From a virus (taxonomy: Duplodnaviria; Caudoviricetes): DNA of 63,600 nucleotides. The stretch is from positions 1 through 63,600 of IMG/VR virus record IMGVR_UViG_3300027971_000055; one strand, 5' to 3'. The notes under the pieces were generated by a model. The model saw nothing but the letters and a program-made list of their open reading frames with translations. It did no database searches and had not been told where the DNA came from. Position numbers and translations under genes: made by a program. Shown in pieces: positions 35,871-45,448 of this stretch. Position 1 is the first letter of the stretch. Each line of letters begins with the position of its first letter.

Positions 35871-36119
35871 ATGAAAGCATTTATAGATAAAATATTTAAA
35901 AAAAGGAAACACGATGCTGAACAAGTTGAAGAAAATAAAGAAATACTTAGCGAACAAATTGAAACAAGTATTAAAGAACGTATAGATCAAAATAAAATTA
36001 ATATGGACGAAGTAGAAAAAGAAACACAAAAAGAAGTCTATAAAAAACCAAGTCATTACTTCGGTGGTGATTGTAAATGTGTTAAGTGTGTAAGGTGGAG
36101 AAATCAAAATGCCAAGTAA
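35871..36119 (+). CDS. Hypothetical protein
   Basis: AGGAG RBS; C-terminal CxCxxC. Confidence 0.6.
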   Translation: MKAFIDKIFKKRKHDAEQVEENKEILSEQIETSIKERIDQNKINMDEVEKETQKEVYKKPSHYFGGDCKCVKCVRWRNQNAK

Positions 36120-36657
36120 ATCTAAATCGCAACATAATTTAATGGCGGCAGTAGCTAACAACCCAGCCTTTGCTAAAAAAGTTGGTATTCCAAAATCAGT
36201 AGGAGAAGAGTTTATGAAAGCAGATAAAACTAAGAAGTTCGGACCAGGTGGATCAACAGGCGCACTAAAAGCAACAGATTCAAGTGAAAATCCTGGATTA
36301 TCAAAATTACCAACGGAAGTGAGAAATAAAATGGGCTACATGAAAAAAGGCGGTATGGCTAAAAAAGGTATGAAAGAAGGCGGCATGGCTAAATCAGACA
36401 TGAAAGAAGATACAAAGATGGACATGGCACAAGATAAAAAGATGGCTAAAAAAGCTGTAGGCATGCATGAGAAACAACTTCATGGTGGTAAAAAGTCAGA
36501 CTTAACTGCTCTTAAAAAAGGTGGTATGGCTAAAGGATGTGGTTATTCTAAAGGCGGTCAACTTGCTAAAGCTAATGGCGTTGCTGTTCGTGGTAAAACA
36601 AAAGGTACCATGGTTGCTATGCGCAGTGGTGGTAAAACTAAATCTAAGATGTGCTAG
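36109..36657 (+). CDS. Basic protein with repeated KKGG motifs
   Basis: MPSKSKSQH..MAAVA.NP.FAKKVG; multiple xKxGG; C-terminal ANG.AVRGKTKG. Confidence 0.75.
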   Translation: MPSKSKSQHNLMAAVANNPAFAKKVGIPKSVGEEFMKADKTKKFGPGGSTGALKATDSSENPGLSKLPTEVRNKMGYMKKGGMAKKGMKEGGMAKSDMKEDTKMDMAQDKKMAKKAVGMHEKQLHGGKKSDLTALKKGGMAKGCGYSKGGQLAKANGVAVRGKTKGTMVAMRSGGKTKSKMC

Positions 36658-36666
36658 GAGAATAGT

Positions 36667-37041
36667 ATGGCTACTGTAGATCCAAAAATAAGAGAAGAAT
36701 TAAAAGCTAAACTAGAAGCTGAAAAAGCAACTAATACACAAGCTGAAAACAAAAAAGCAGCCGAGGTATATAAAGAATTTGCAGCAACCTATAAAAGAGA
36801 ACGCGAACTTAATCCTAAAGATACACCTGATGGTTATATAGATAGAAAAGTCGATGCTTTAGGTGATTTAGCTAGAAAAGTGGGTAAAGCAATGGGCACA
36901 AATAAAATGACTAGTCAAGACGATGAGGCTCAAATGGCTGCTCGTAAAGATGTTAAAGGATACAAAAAAGGTGGTTCAACTGCATCTAAACGTGCAGACG
37001 GCTGCGCTGTTCGCGGTAAAACAAAAGGCACAATGTGCTAG
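36667..37041 (+). CDS. Basic protein with C-terminal KKGG/ADGCAVRGKTKG tag
   Basis: AGGAG RBS; shared tag. Confidence 0.7.
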   Translation: MATVDPKIREELKAKLEAEKATNTQAENKKAAEVYKEFAATYKRERELNPKDTPDGYIDRKVDALGDLARKVGKAMGTNKMTSQDDEAQMAARKDVKGYKKGGSTASKRADGCAVRGKTKGTMC

Positions 37042-37050
37042 GAGAATAGT

Positions 37051-37497
37051 ATGGATAATATAAATGAAAAAATAGATGACTTAGTTGGCACTACAAAACG
37101 TATAAATGCAAAAAAAACAGGACCACAAAGAGAAATTGGGCCTAGCCAAATTAAATCAATTAAACATAAAGATATTAGGACAGCACTCCCATCTTCTTTA
37201 AAACCATATGCAGATGCGATTGTATTTGATGAGGAAAAATTAATCAATAGACGAAAAGCTATGGATAAAGATGTAAAACCTGATTTTTCTAATAGATCAC
37301 AGCAGATATTCAAACAGATTGAATATCCAGACCAACAAAAAGAACTAAATGATTTATATGAGACAGGTATTTCAGACAAAGACATTGCTACTGCAAAAGG
37401 TAAGAAAAAAGGTGGCATGATTAAAAAAATGTCTAATGGTGGTACAGCTTCATCTCGTGCTGATGGTTGTGCAGTTAGAGGAAAGACAAGAGCATAA
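37051..37497 (+). CDS. Protein with C-terminal KKGG/ADGCAVRGKT tag
   Basis: AGGAG RBS; shared tag. Confidence 0.7.
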   Translation: MDNINEKIDDLVGTTKRINAKKTGPQREIGPSQIKSIKHKDIRTALPSSLKPYADAIVFDEEKLINRRKAMDKDVKPDFSNRSQQIFKQIEYPDQQKELNDLYETGISDKDIATAKGKKKGGMIKKMSNGGTASSRADGCAVRGKTRA

Positions 37498-37769
37498 TGA
37501 GACCTTCACGTGGTATGGGCGCTATGATGCCTGATAAAATGCCTAAGGGTAAAAAGAAAGCCCGTAGAGATAGCACAGACTTTACTCAGTTTAAAGAAGG
37601 TGGCACTGTAAACAAAGCTGGTAACTACACAAAACCTAGTTTACGTAAAAGAATATTTAACAGTATTAAAGCCGCTGCCGTGCAAGGTACAGGTGCAGGT
37701 CAATGGTCAGCACGTAAGGCTCAACTCATGGCTAAACGATATAAAGCTTCAGGTGGCGGATATAAATGA
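37497..37769 (+). CDS. Small basic protein (DUF5872-like)
   Basis: NYTKP.LR, GQWSARKAQ..AK.YK..GGGYK. Confidence 0.7.
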   Translation: MRPSRGMGAMMPDKMPKGKKKARRDSTDFTQFKEGGTVNKAGNYTKPSLRKRIFNSIKAAAVQGTGAGQWSARKAQLMAKRYKASGGGYK

Positions 37770-38014
37770 GTGCATTAGCTAAACCACAACGTTCACTAAA
37801 AGCGTGGGGTGAACAAAAGTGGAGAACTAAGTCAGGTAAAAAATCTAGTGAAACAGGTGAAAGATACTTACCTGAAAAAGCTATTAAGTCATTAAGCTCA
37901 CAAGAATATGCAGCAACAACAAAAGCAAAAAGAGCAGGTAAAGCTAAAGGCAAACAGTTTGTAGCTCAGCCTAAATCTATTAAACAAAAAGTAAAACCTT
38001 TTAGAAAAATATAA
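37766..38014 (+). CDS. Small basic protein (DUF5872-like)
   Basis: SLK.W..QKW.TKSG, GERYLP, KQFV.QP. Confidence 0.7.
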   Translation: MSALAKPQRSLKAWGEQKWRTKSGKKSSETGERYLPEKAIKSLSSQEYAATTKAKRAGKAKGKQFVAQPKSIKQKVKPFRKI

Positions 38015-38016
38015 TC

Positions 38017-38967
38017 ATGGTAGATAGAACCACAGGGACCACGAGTTTTAATTTAGATTTAAACAATCTGGTTGAAGATGCATTTGAACGATGTGGACAA
38101 GAGTTGCGTACTGGATATGATCTACGTACTGCACGCCGTTCACTAAACCTACTTACTATTGAGTGGGCTAACCGCGGCATTAACATGTGGACGATTGAAC
38201 CTGGTCAAATTAATTTAAACCAAAACCAAATTATGTATGCCTTGCCTACTGATACTATAGACCTTCTTGATATGGTGACTAGAACCGGTACAGGTCAGAA
38301 CCAACAAGATATTAATATTAACCGTATTAGTGAATCAACCTACATTACAATACCTAATAAGAATGCAACAGGACGTCCTATCCAAGTGTGGATTAATAGA
38401 CAGAGTGGTCAAGAAAACCCTACTGATTTATATACAGACGGTGCCGTTACTGCAACGGCTACTACGATTAACTTAACTTCTATTGTAGGCCTAGCGCAGT
38501 TTGGCTTCATTAGATTAGATAACGAAACAATTCAATACGGTGGACTTACAACGACAGTAAGTGGCGCTACAACGTACTACCAATTAACGGGATGTGTACG
38601 AGGTGTTAATAACACAACTGCTGCGACTCATATAACAGCTACTAGAGTATATATACAAAACTTACCTACTGTTAATGTATGGCCAGCACCAGATCAAAGT
38701 GACAACTATCAGTTTGTGTATTATAGATTAAGACGGATTCAAGATGCAGGCAATGGTATAACCGTAGAAGATATTCCGTTTAGATTTATTCCTTGCATGG
38801 TTGCAGGGTTAGCGGCGTATTTAAGTATGAAATTACCTAATGTGGCTCCTGAGCGTATTATGATGTTAAGACAAGATTATGAAGCAGCATTCCAATTAGC
38901 AGCAGACGAGGATAGAGAAAAAGCAAGTATTAGGTTTGTGCCTCGTGAATCGTTTTTTAGAGGCTAA
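38017..38967 (+). CDS. Head-tail adaptor / tail tubular protein-like
   Basis: EDAFERCG, ARRSLNLL..EWANRG, WPAPD, P.RF.P...GLA. Confidence 0.7.
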   Translation: MVDRTTGTTSFNLDLNNLVEDAFERCGQELRTGYDLRTARRSLNLLTIEWANRGINMWTIEPGQINLNQNQIMYALPTDTIDLLDMVTRTGTGQNQQDININRISESTYITIPNKNATGRPIQVWINRQSGQENPTDLYTDGAVTATATTINLTSIVGLAQFGFIRLDNETIQYGGLTTTVSGATTYYQLTGCVRGVNNTTAATHITATRVYIQNLPTVNVWPAPDQSDNYQFVYYRLRRIQDAGNGITVEDIPFRFIPCMVAGLAAYLSMKLPNVAPERIMMLRQDYEAAFQLAADEDREKASIRFVPRESFFRG

Positions 38968-38970
38968 GTA

Positions 38971-39399
38971 ATGCCAACCAAGTACGCTAGTGCCAAGAAC
39001 TCAATTGCACAATGTGACCGTTGTGGGTTTAGATATAAGTTAAAAGAACTTAAACGCTTAGTTATTAAGACAAAAAATGTTAATATACTAGTGTGTCATG
39101 AATGCTGGGAACCGGATCAGCCGCAATTACAACTAGGTATGTACCCGGTTAATGACCCACAAGCAGTGCGTAATCCAAGACCTGATTTAGGTTATTACCA
39201 ATCTGGTTTAAATGGTTTACAGACAGATGAAACAACAGGCGTATCAACCTCACAAACAGGTGTCCCTTTAATGGGTAGTAGAGTTATACAGTGGGGTTAT
39301 AATCCTGTAGGTGGTGCTAGTTATTTTGATGCGGCACTAACACCGAATGACTTAGTAGGAACAAGTGCACTAGGTGATGTAACAATATCAATATCTTAA
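38971..39399 (+). CDS. Zn-finger protein
   Basis: CDRCG...CHECWE.DQPQL...DPQA..NPRPD. Confidence 0.7.
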   Translation: MPTKYASAKNSIAQCDRCGFRYKLKELKRLVIKTKNVNILVCHECWEPDQPQLQLGMYPVNDPQAVRNPRPDLGYYQSGLNGLQTDETTGVSTSQTGVPLMGSRVIQWGYNPVGGASYFDAALTPNDLVGTSALGDVTISIS

Positions 39400-39410
39400 G
39401 GAGAAGTAAA

Positions 39411-39599
39411 ATGGCATATAGATCAAAAGCAGATGGTATTGCTCAACAAGGTAAAACAAAAGGTCGTAACTTAGGTGACGACGGAGCTACAGTAGCTACA
39501 CAAAATGGTCCAATTAAAGGCACTGTTGGTAAATTAAATACTGACATGAAAAAAATGGGTCGTGGACTAGCTAAAATTGCAGCACAAAAAAAGGGATAA
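39411..39599 (+). CDS. Small basic protein with N-terminal ADG.A..GKTKG tag
   Basis: AAGGAG RBS. Confidence 0.65.
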   Translation: MAYRSKADGIAQQGKTKGRNLGDDGATVATQNGPIKGTVGKLNTDMKKMGRGLAKIAAQKKG

Positions 39600-39604
39600 T
39601 AATC

Positions 39605-39826
39605 ATGGCACAAGATAAAAAACCAATAGACGTACCTAACGCAGATATTTATTTTTCACAAGACCCTAACAAGTTAAAAGCACAAGACCTTAATATAGGT
39701 ACTGGCAGACAACGTGTTAGTGCAGGAGATCCTGGTTCTGATGCAATGAATAGACATGGTGAACTTGAAACTCGCGGTAATGGCGCAGCTACTAAAGGCC
39801 GCAAAGCTCGTGGGCCTATGGCGTAA
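39605..39826 (+). CDS. Small protein with RG.GAATKG motif
   Basis: RBS; TRGNGAATKG...GPMA. Confidence 0.65.
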   Translation: MAQDKKPIDVPNADIYFSQDPNKLKAQDLNIGTGRQRVSAGDPGSDAMNRHGELETRGNGAATKGRKARGPMA

Positions 39827-39829
39827 TAA

Positions 39830-40465
39830 ATGACGTACACTGAACTTGTCGCACAAATACAGGACTACACAGAAAATACGTTTACTACAACGGATATAAA
39901 CACGTTTATAACTCAAGCAGAACAACGTATCTATAATACAGTCCAACTACCTGCACTACGTAAAAACGTAACAGGTTCACTAAGTTCTGGCAATAAGTAT
40001 TTAGCTATGCCTACAGATTGGTTAGCTACATTTAGCTTAGCTGTTATTAATACAGACAACGAATACTTATATCTTCTAAACAAAGACGTGAACTTTATTA
40101 GGCAATCATTTCCTGATACTGACTCAGCTTTTTATGGTGAACCACAATACTATGCGGTATTTAATGCTACATCGTTTATTGTAGGTCCTACACCTGACGC
40201 TAACTACTCATCAGAGCTTCATTACTTCTATTATCCTGAGTCAATTACAACAGCAGGCACTTCATGGGTAGGTACTAATTTTAGTTCTGTCCTTCTTTAT
40301 GGGTCTTTACTAGAGGCTTATACTTATATGAAGGGTGAAGCAGACGTGATGGCTACTTATAAAGCTCGATACGATGAAGCAATGTTATTACTCAAACAGC
40401 TTGGTGATGGCAAAGATAGACAGGACTCATACCGATCAGGTCAAGTTAGATACCCTGTACAATAA
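39830..40465 (+). CDS. Head-tail adaptor-like protein
   Basis: Y.EL...IQDY.E, P.YYA, GPTPD, LLYG.L.EA. Confidence 0.7.
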   Translation: MTYTELVAQIQDYTENTFTTTDINTFITQAEQRIYNTVQLPALRKNVTGSLSSGNKYLAMPTDWLATFSLAVINTDNEYLYLLNKDVNFIRQSFPDTDSAFYGEPQYYAVFNATSFIVGPTPDANYSSELHYFYYPESITTAGTSWVGTNFSSVLLYGSLLEAYTYMKGEADVMATYKARYDEAMLLLKQLGDGKDRQDSYRSGQVRYPVQ

Positions 40466-40476
40466 AGGAAACTAAA

Positions 40477-40932
40477 TTGGCAATCTCACAAACACTAGCA
40501 ACAAGCTTTAAAGTTGAAATTTTAGATGGTATACATAATTTTGGTGTGGGCGTTATTCGTGCGTCTACTGCAGCGGATACTTTTAAAATAGCCCTATATT
40601 CAACCTTAGCTACGCTTGGCTCTACAACAACAGTATATACAACACAGGATGAAGTGACAGGTACAGGCTATACAGCAGGTGGTAATACATTAGTTATATC
40701 TCAAGTTCCAACATCAACAAGTACTGAAACAACAGCATGGTTAAACTTTGATAATTCTAGTTGGACTACTGCAAGCTTTTCAGCAGATGGTGCTTTGATA
40801 TATAATAGTACTCAAGGTAATAAAGCAGTCGCAGTATTAAACTTTGGTGGCACTAAAACCGCTACCGCGCAAACTTTTACAGTAACATTCCCAGCATCTA
40901 CATCGGACGCTGCAATTATAAGGATTACATAA
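40477..40932 (+). CDS. Tail-associated structural protein
   Basis: TTG start after AAGGA; SFK.E.L.G.H, FKIALY, GYTAGG, ALIYN. Confidence 0.75.
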   Translation: MAISQTLATSFKVEILDGIHNFGVGVIRASTAADTFKIALYSTLATLGSTTTVYTTQDEVTGTGYTAGGNTLVISQVPTSTSTETTAWLNFDNSSWTTASFSADGALIYNSTQGNKAVAVLNFGGTKTATAQTFTVTFPASTSDAAIIRIT

Positions 40933-42360
40933 ATGACAACAGTATCTTCTGTGTTTTCAGAAGCACCGCAAGTTAAAGTAAGTAATGCAAGACCGTTAGA
41001 AAAAGATTTATATAAGATGATGTGGGACATACCAGAGTATAGAGCAGTTGCTCCTGGTGAACTTATATCACAAGAATTTTTGAATCAAGCTAGACCTCCT
41101 AAGGGGGCGTCAGTATTAGACTTAGGATGTGGCACTGGACGTGGCTCTCTTAACTTAGCTTTTTTCGGTGGCTTAAATGTCACTATGGTTGACTTCGCAG
41201 ATAATTGTTTAGACGAAGATATTCGACCGATGTTAGAAACACAGAAGCATGCTATGCGATTTGTAGAGGCAGACTTATCTCAACCCCTACCTGTTACAGC
41301 AGCTTATGGATTTTGTACGGATGTGATGGAGCATATTAGACCTCATCACGTAGATAGAGTAATAGATAATTGTTTGGCTGCTTGTCAGCATGTTTTTTTT
41401 CAGATTGCTACTGAAGATGACATCATGGGTAAGATAGTAGGACATAAGCTTCATTTAAGCGTACACCCATATGAGTGGTGGCTAAAGAAATTTATTGATA
41501 GAGATTGTATTATTCATTGGTCTAAAGAAGCCCCAGGATATTGTTTATTCTATGTAAGTGCTTGGATGAAAGGTGAAGACGTTGTTGACGCTGGAGTGCT
41601 TAATACAGACGATGAAACGATTACAGCTAACGTAAAACACAACATTCAAAGGGATTTTATGCAGGTTCAACCGCACCCTACGAATGACCAAGAAGTTATG
41701 ATTGTGGGCGGGGGGCCATCATTGAATGAGCACCTTGAAACTATTAGACAAAAGAGGGCTGATGGTGTTAAACTAATCACAATTAATGGGGCTTATAAAT
41801 GGTGCCTAGATAATGGACTAACGCCTTCTGCTATGGTTATGGTAGATGCTAGACCTTTCAACGCACGATTTACTCAACCCGTAGTAGACCATTGTAAGTA
41901 TTTTATTGCTTCTCAATGTGATCCTACTACGTTTGATGGGCTTCCAAAAGACAGAACTTATATATGGCACACAAGCACGGAATTGCTAAATGACATATTA
42001 GCTAAACATTATAAAACATGGTATCCGGTTCCAGGAGGATCTACAGTCCTTTTAAGAGCCATACCGTTATTTAGAATGTTAGGATTTAAACAGTTTCATC
42101 TCTTTGGATGTGATTCTTGTTTAGATGAAAAAGAGGTTCACCATGCATATGAACAGCAAGAAAATGATGGACAGCCAATCATACCCGTAAACGTGGGCGG
42201 GAAAATATTTAGCTGCAATCCGTGGATGATTTCTCAAGCACAAGAATTTATTGATTTGATTCGTATGCTAGGGGATGAAATTGAATTAAACATTTACGGC
42301 GGTTTACTCCGTCATATTTTAGAAACAGGCGCTTCAAACGCCGACATTAAGGAGAATTAA
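40933..42360 (+). CDS. Class I SAM methyltransferase - DUF115/Maf-like fusion
   Basis: VLDLGCGTG and DVMEH N-terminal; IVGGGPSL, GGSTV and LFGCDS C-terminal. Confidence 0.8.
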   Translation: MTTVSSVFSEAPQVKVSNARPLEKDLYKMMWDIPEYRAVAPGELISQEFLNQARPPKGASVLDLGCGTGRGSLNLAFFGGLNVTMVDFADNCLDEDIRPMLETQKHAMRFVEADLSQPLPVTAAYGFCTDVMEHIRPHHVDRVIDNCLAACQHVFFQIATEDDIMGKIVGHKLHLSVHPYEWWLKKFIDRDCIIHWSKEAPGYCLFYVSAWMKGEDVVDAGVLNTDDETITANVKHNIQRDFMQVQPHPTNDQEVMIVGGGPSLNEHLETIRQKRADGVKLITINGAYKWCLDNGLTPSAMVMVDARPFNARFTQPVVDHCKYFIASQCDPTTFDGLPKDRTYIWHTSTELLNDILAKHYKTWYPVPGGSTVLLRAIPLFRMLGFKQFHLFGCDSCLDEKEVHHAYEQQENDGQPIIPVNVGGKIFSCNPWMISQAQEFIDLIRMLGDEIELNIYGGLLRHILETGASNADIKEN

Positions 42361-42361
42361 A

Positions 42362-42820
42362 ATGGCTGCATCAGCATGGCAATTATATAATTATGCTAAG
42401 CGATATATAGGTAACGGAACAATTACACTAGGCGCTGGCGTGTTTAAAATGTTATTAGCAAGAAGTGCAAGTAACGCATCAACATTTACCATAAGTACTT
42501 ACGCTCAGATTACGAATGAAATTTCTGCTACAGGTGGTTATGCAACAGGTGGTAAAAACTTAGTACCAGCAACAGCTTCTTGGACAGTAGGCGCTTCAGC
42601 AAAACAAATGAAGTTCACAATGTCTACAGTAGGTTTAGCGTTTACAGCTTCTGGTGCTTCATTGACTAACGTTAAATACGCGATCATTCGTAACTCAACT
42701 GGCGCTCTTGCTGGTAAGTTATTATGTTTCTGCCAATTATCTAGTACTCAATTTACTGTAACGTCACCAAATACATTGACAGTTTTACCTGCTGCTACCG
42801 GCATCTTTACTCTAACTTAA
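42362..42820 (+). CDS. Tail-associated structural protein, paralog of 40477..40932
   Basis: FKMLL...NEI...GGYATGG..L, similar length and layout. Confidence 0.7.
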   Translation: MAASAWQLYNYAKRYIGNGTITLGAGVFKMLLARSASNASTFTISTYAQITNEISATGGYATGGKNLVPATASWTVGASAKQMKFTMSTVGLAFTASGASLTNVKYAIIRNSTGALAGKLLCFCQLSSTQFTVTSPNTLTVLPAATGIFTLT

Positions 42821-42830
42821 GAGTTTAGTC

Positions 42831-43790
42831 GTGGCAGTGACAAGCGGCTGGGGACGAGGTACCTGGAGTTCTGCTGATTGGGGGCAAGGAATTGTCATCG
42901 AGGCAGGCGTAGGGACAGTTACGCTCGCGGGTGTAGCACCTTCAGTCGTACAAGGTAGGGTAATAACCCCGGCAGTTGGGACAGTAACACTAGCAGGTAT
43001 AGCACCTAGTATAAACGTTGGGACTGACGTAGCACCTGCAGTTGGAGCAGTAACAATCACGGGTATAGCACCTACGGTAATACAAAATGCGATAGTTACA
43101 CCAGCAGTTAGAGCGGTTACAATCACAGGCATAGCACCTTCAGTTACACAAGGTAAAATAATAACCCCTACAGTTGGGGCATTAACACTAGCGGGCATAG
43201 CACCTAGTTTAATATTAAATAATATTGTAACTCCTACAGTAGGTACGCTAACACTAGTAGGCGTAGCACCTACAATACCTGGTGCTGCTGTAACACCTAA
43301 CGCTGGATCTATAACTATAGCAGGTCAAGCATCAACTGTTATATTAGATAAAATAATTACTCCTGCAGTTGGGGCAGTAACAATAACAGGTGTAGCACCA
43401 AGCGTATTAAGAGATAATATTGTAACCCCTACAGTCGGAGCGCTAACACTAGTAGGCGTAGCACCTGATATAAGTAGAAGTATTACACCTAGCACAGGTA
43501 TATTGACATTAGTAGGCGTTGCTCCCGATGCACTACAAGGTAACGTTATAACACCTAGCGTTGGCAGTTTAGTCTTAGCAGGTAATGCTCCTTCAGTTAC
43601 ACAAGGTAATATAATAACTCCTAGTGTAGGTACGTTGACAATAGTAGGAACAACTGCGAATGTAAGTGGAAGTATTACACCACCAAAAGGCACCTTAACA
43701 TTAGTAGGTGGAACGGTTACACTAAGTAACTCAAATTGGACGGTAATAAACACAGCACAAACACCTGGATGGGTGCAAATTGCAGCATAA
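42831..43790 (+). CDS. Thr/Val/Pro-rich repeat virion protein
   Basis: About 12-13 repeats of roughly 22 aa (ITP.VG.LT..G.AP); GWG..TW...WG N-terminus. Confidence 0.75.
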   Translation: MAVTSGWGRGTWSSADWGQGIVIEAGVGTVTLAGVAPSVVQGRVITPAVGTVTLAGIAPSINVGTDVAPAVGAVTITGIAPTVIQNAIVTPAVRAVTITGIAPSVTQGKIITPTVGALTLAGIAPSLILNNIVTPTVGTLTLVGVAPTIPGAAVTPNAGSITIAGQASTVILDKIITPAVGAVTITGVAPSVLRDNIVTPTVGALTLVGVAPDISRSITPSTGILTLVGVAPDALQGNVITPSVGSLVLAGNAPSVTQGNIITPSVGTLTIVGTTANVSGSITPPKGTLTLVGGTVTLSNSNWTVINTAQTPGWVQIAA

Positions 43791-43835
43791 AAGAATAATT
43801 TGTAGTAAAATATAGCAAACTAAAAGGAATTTATT

Positions 43836-45446
43836 ATGGCAAGCACCTATTCAGCACTGAAAATAGAACTCATAGCTACAGGCGAACAGTCTGGTACATG
43901 GGGCACAACAACTAACACTAACTTAGGCGACGCAGCTCTTGGTGAAGCTATTACAGGATCTGCTGATGTAGCCTTCTCTAGTGCAGACGTTACTGTAACT
44001 CTTACTGATACAAATGCTACTCAAGCGGCGCGTAACTTACGACTTAATCTAACAGGTACTACAGGCGGCGCTCGTAGCTTAATTTTAGGTTCAGGTTGTC
44101 AAATTGAAAAACTATATTTAATTAATAATACTTGTGCTGACGCAATCACAGTTAAAAATACAACCGGTACAGGTATTGCAGTAGCAGCAGGTAAATCTAT
44201 GTTTGTGTATAACAATGGCACTAACGTTGTTGACGCAGTAACTCATGCTACTTCATTGACCCTTGGTTCTGCTCTTCCAATAGCTTCAGGTGGTACAGGT
44301 TCAACTTCAACAACATATGCTAGTTTAACAGCTAACGTAACAGGAACTCTTCCAGTAGCTAATGGAGGTACAGGCATTACAAGTTTAGGCACAGGCGTAG
44401 CAACCTTTTTAGGAACACCTTCATCAGCTAATTTAGCAGCCGCACTTACAGATGAAACAGGCACAGGGGCAAATGTATTTGCAACTTCACCAACACTTGT
44501 AACCCCCGTATTAGGAACTCCAGCATCAGGTACATTATCAAGCTGTACAGGTCTTCCATTGACAACAGGCGTAACAGGCACATTACCAGTAGCTAACGGT
44601 GGTACAGGTGTAGCTACATTAACAACTGCTTACGGCGTGGTAGCTGCAGGTACAACTGCAACAGGGGCGTTACAAAATATTGGTACAGGAACAACTGGTC
44701 AAATATTAACATCTAACGGTGCAGGGGTATTACCATCATTTCAAGCAGCAGCAGGTGGCGGTGGTCTAGGTGGCACTACAGTATTTACTGCTGACGGAAC
44801 TTTTACAATCCCAACAGGAAAAACAGTAGTAAAAGTTACTGTTCAAGCTGGTGGAGGTGGCTCGGGAGGTAGAAGCAATGCAGCAGGAGGATGGGGAGAT
44901 TCAGGTGGTGGTGGTGGTTATACTGTTAAATATCTTACAGGATTAACTCCTGGCAATACTTTAGCAGTAACTAGAGGAGCTGGTGGAACTGCTGGAAGCT
45001 CAGGTGGCAGTAGTGGTGGCACGGGAGGAACTTCATCTGTAGCTAGTGGGACACAAACTATTACTACTATATCTGCTACAGGAGGGGGAGGTGGTACAGG
45101 AAATCAATATTCAGGTAGTCAAGTATTAGGTTCAAATGGCGGTGCAGGTGGATCTACGTCAGGTGGAGATTATAGTGTGCCAGGTGGTGTAGGGTATAGT
45201 ATTGGTATTCCTAGTACTGCAAATTGCGCTGCCCTGGGTTTTGGTCTTTTTGCTGGAGGTAATTCTATGCTTTCTATGCGAAATGTATATGCAGCTTCTA
45301 CAGCAGCAGCCTCATATGTTCCCAATATGGCAAGTGTTAGTGGAGTAGGTTATGGTGGAGGAGCAACTGGTGTTAGCAGTCTTTATTCTTATAGTTCTCC
45401 TGCTGGCGCGGTAGGAGCTGGAGGCATCATTATTTTTGAATATTAG
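43836..45446 (+). CDS. Tail fibre protein with Gly-rich tip
   Basis: MASTYS.LK.EL..TGEQSGTWG anchor; TGTLPVANGGTG repeats; C-terminal Gly-rich domain. Confidence 0.82.
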   Translation: MASTYSALKIELIATGEQSGTWGTTTNTNLGDAALGEAITGSADVAFSSADVTVTLTDTNATQAARNLRLNLTGTTGGARSLILGSGCQIEKLYLINNTCADAITVKNTTGTGIAVAAGKSMFVYNNGTNVVDAVTHATSLTLGSALPIASGGTGSTSTTYASLTANVTGTLPVANGGTGITSLGTGVATFLGTPSSANLAAALTDETGTGANVFATSPTLVTPVLGTPASGTLSSCTGLPLTTGVTGTLPVANGGTGVATLTTAYGVVAAGTTATGALQNIGTGTTGQILTSNGAGVLPSFQAAAGGGGLGGTTVFTADGTFTIPTGKTVVKVTVQAGGGGSGGRSNAAGGWGDSGGGGGYTVKYLTGLTPGNTLAVTRGAGGTAGSSGGSSGGTGGTSSVASGTQTITTISATGGGGGTGNQYSGSQVLGSNGGAGGSTSGGDYSVPGGVGYSIGIPSTANCAALGFGLFAGGNSMLSMRNVYAASTAAASYVPNMASVSGVGYGGGATGVSSLYSYSSPAGAVGAGGIIIFEY

Positions 45447-45448
45447 TT

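Noticed and set aside
42812-44581. Long antisense ORFs over the repeat and fibre genes
   Set aside because: Shadow frames produced by repetitive Thr/Gly/Val codons.
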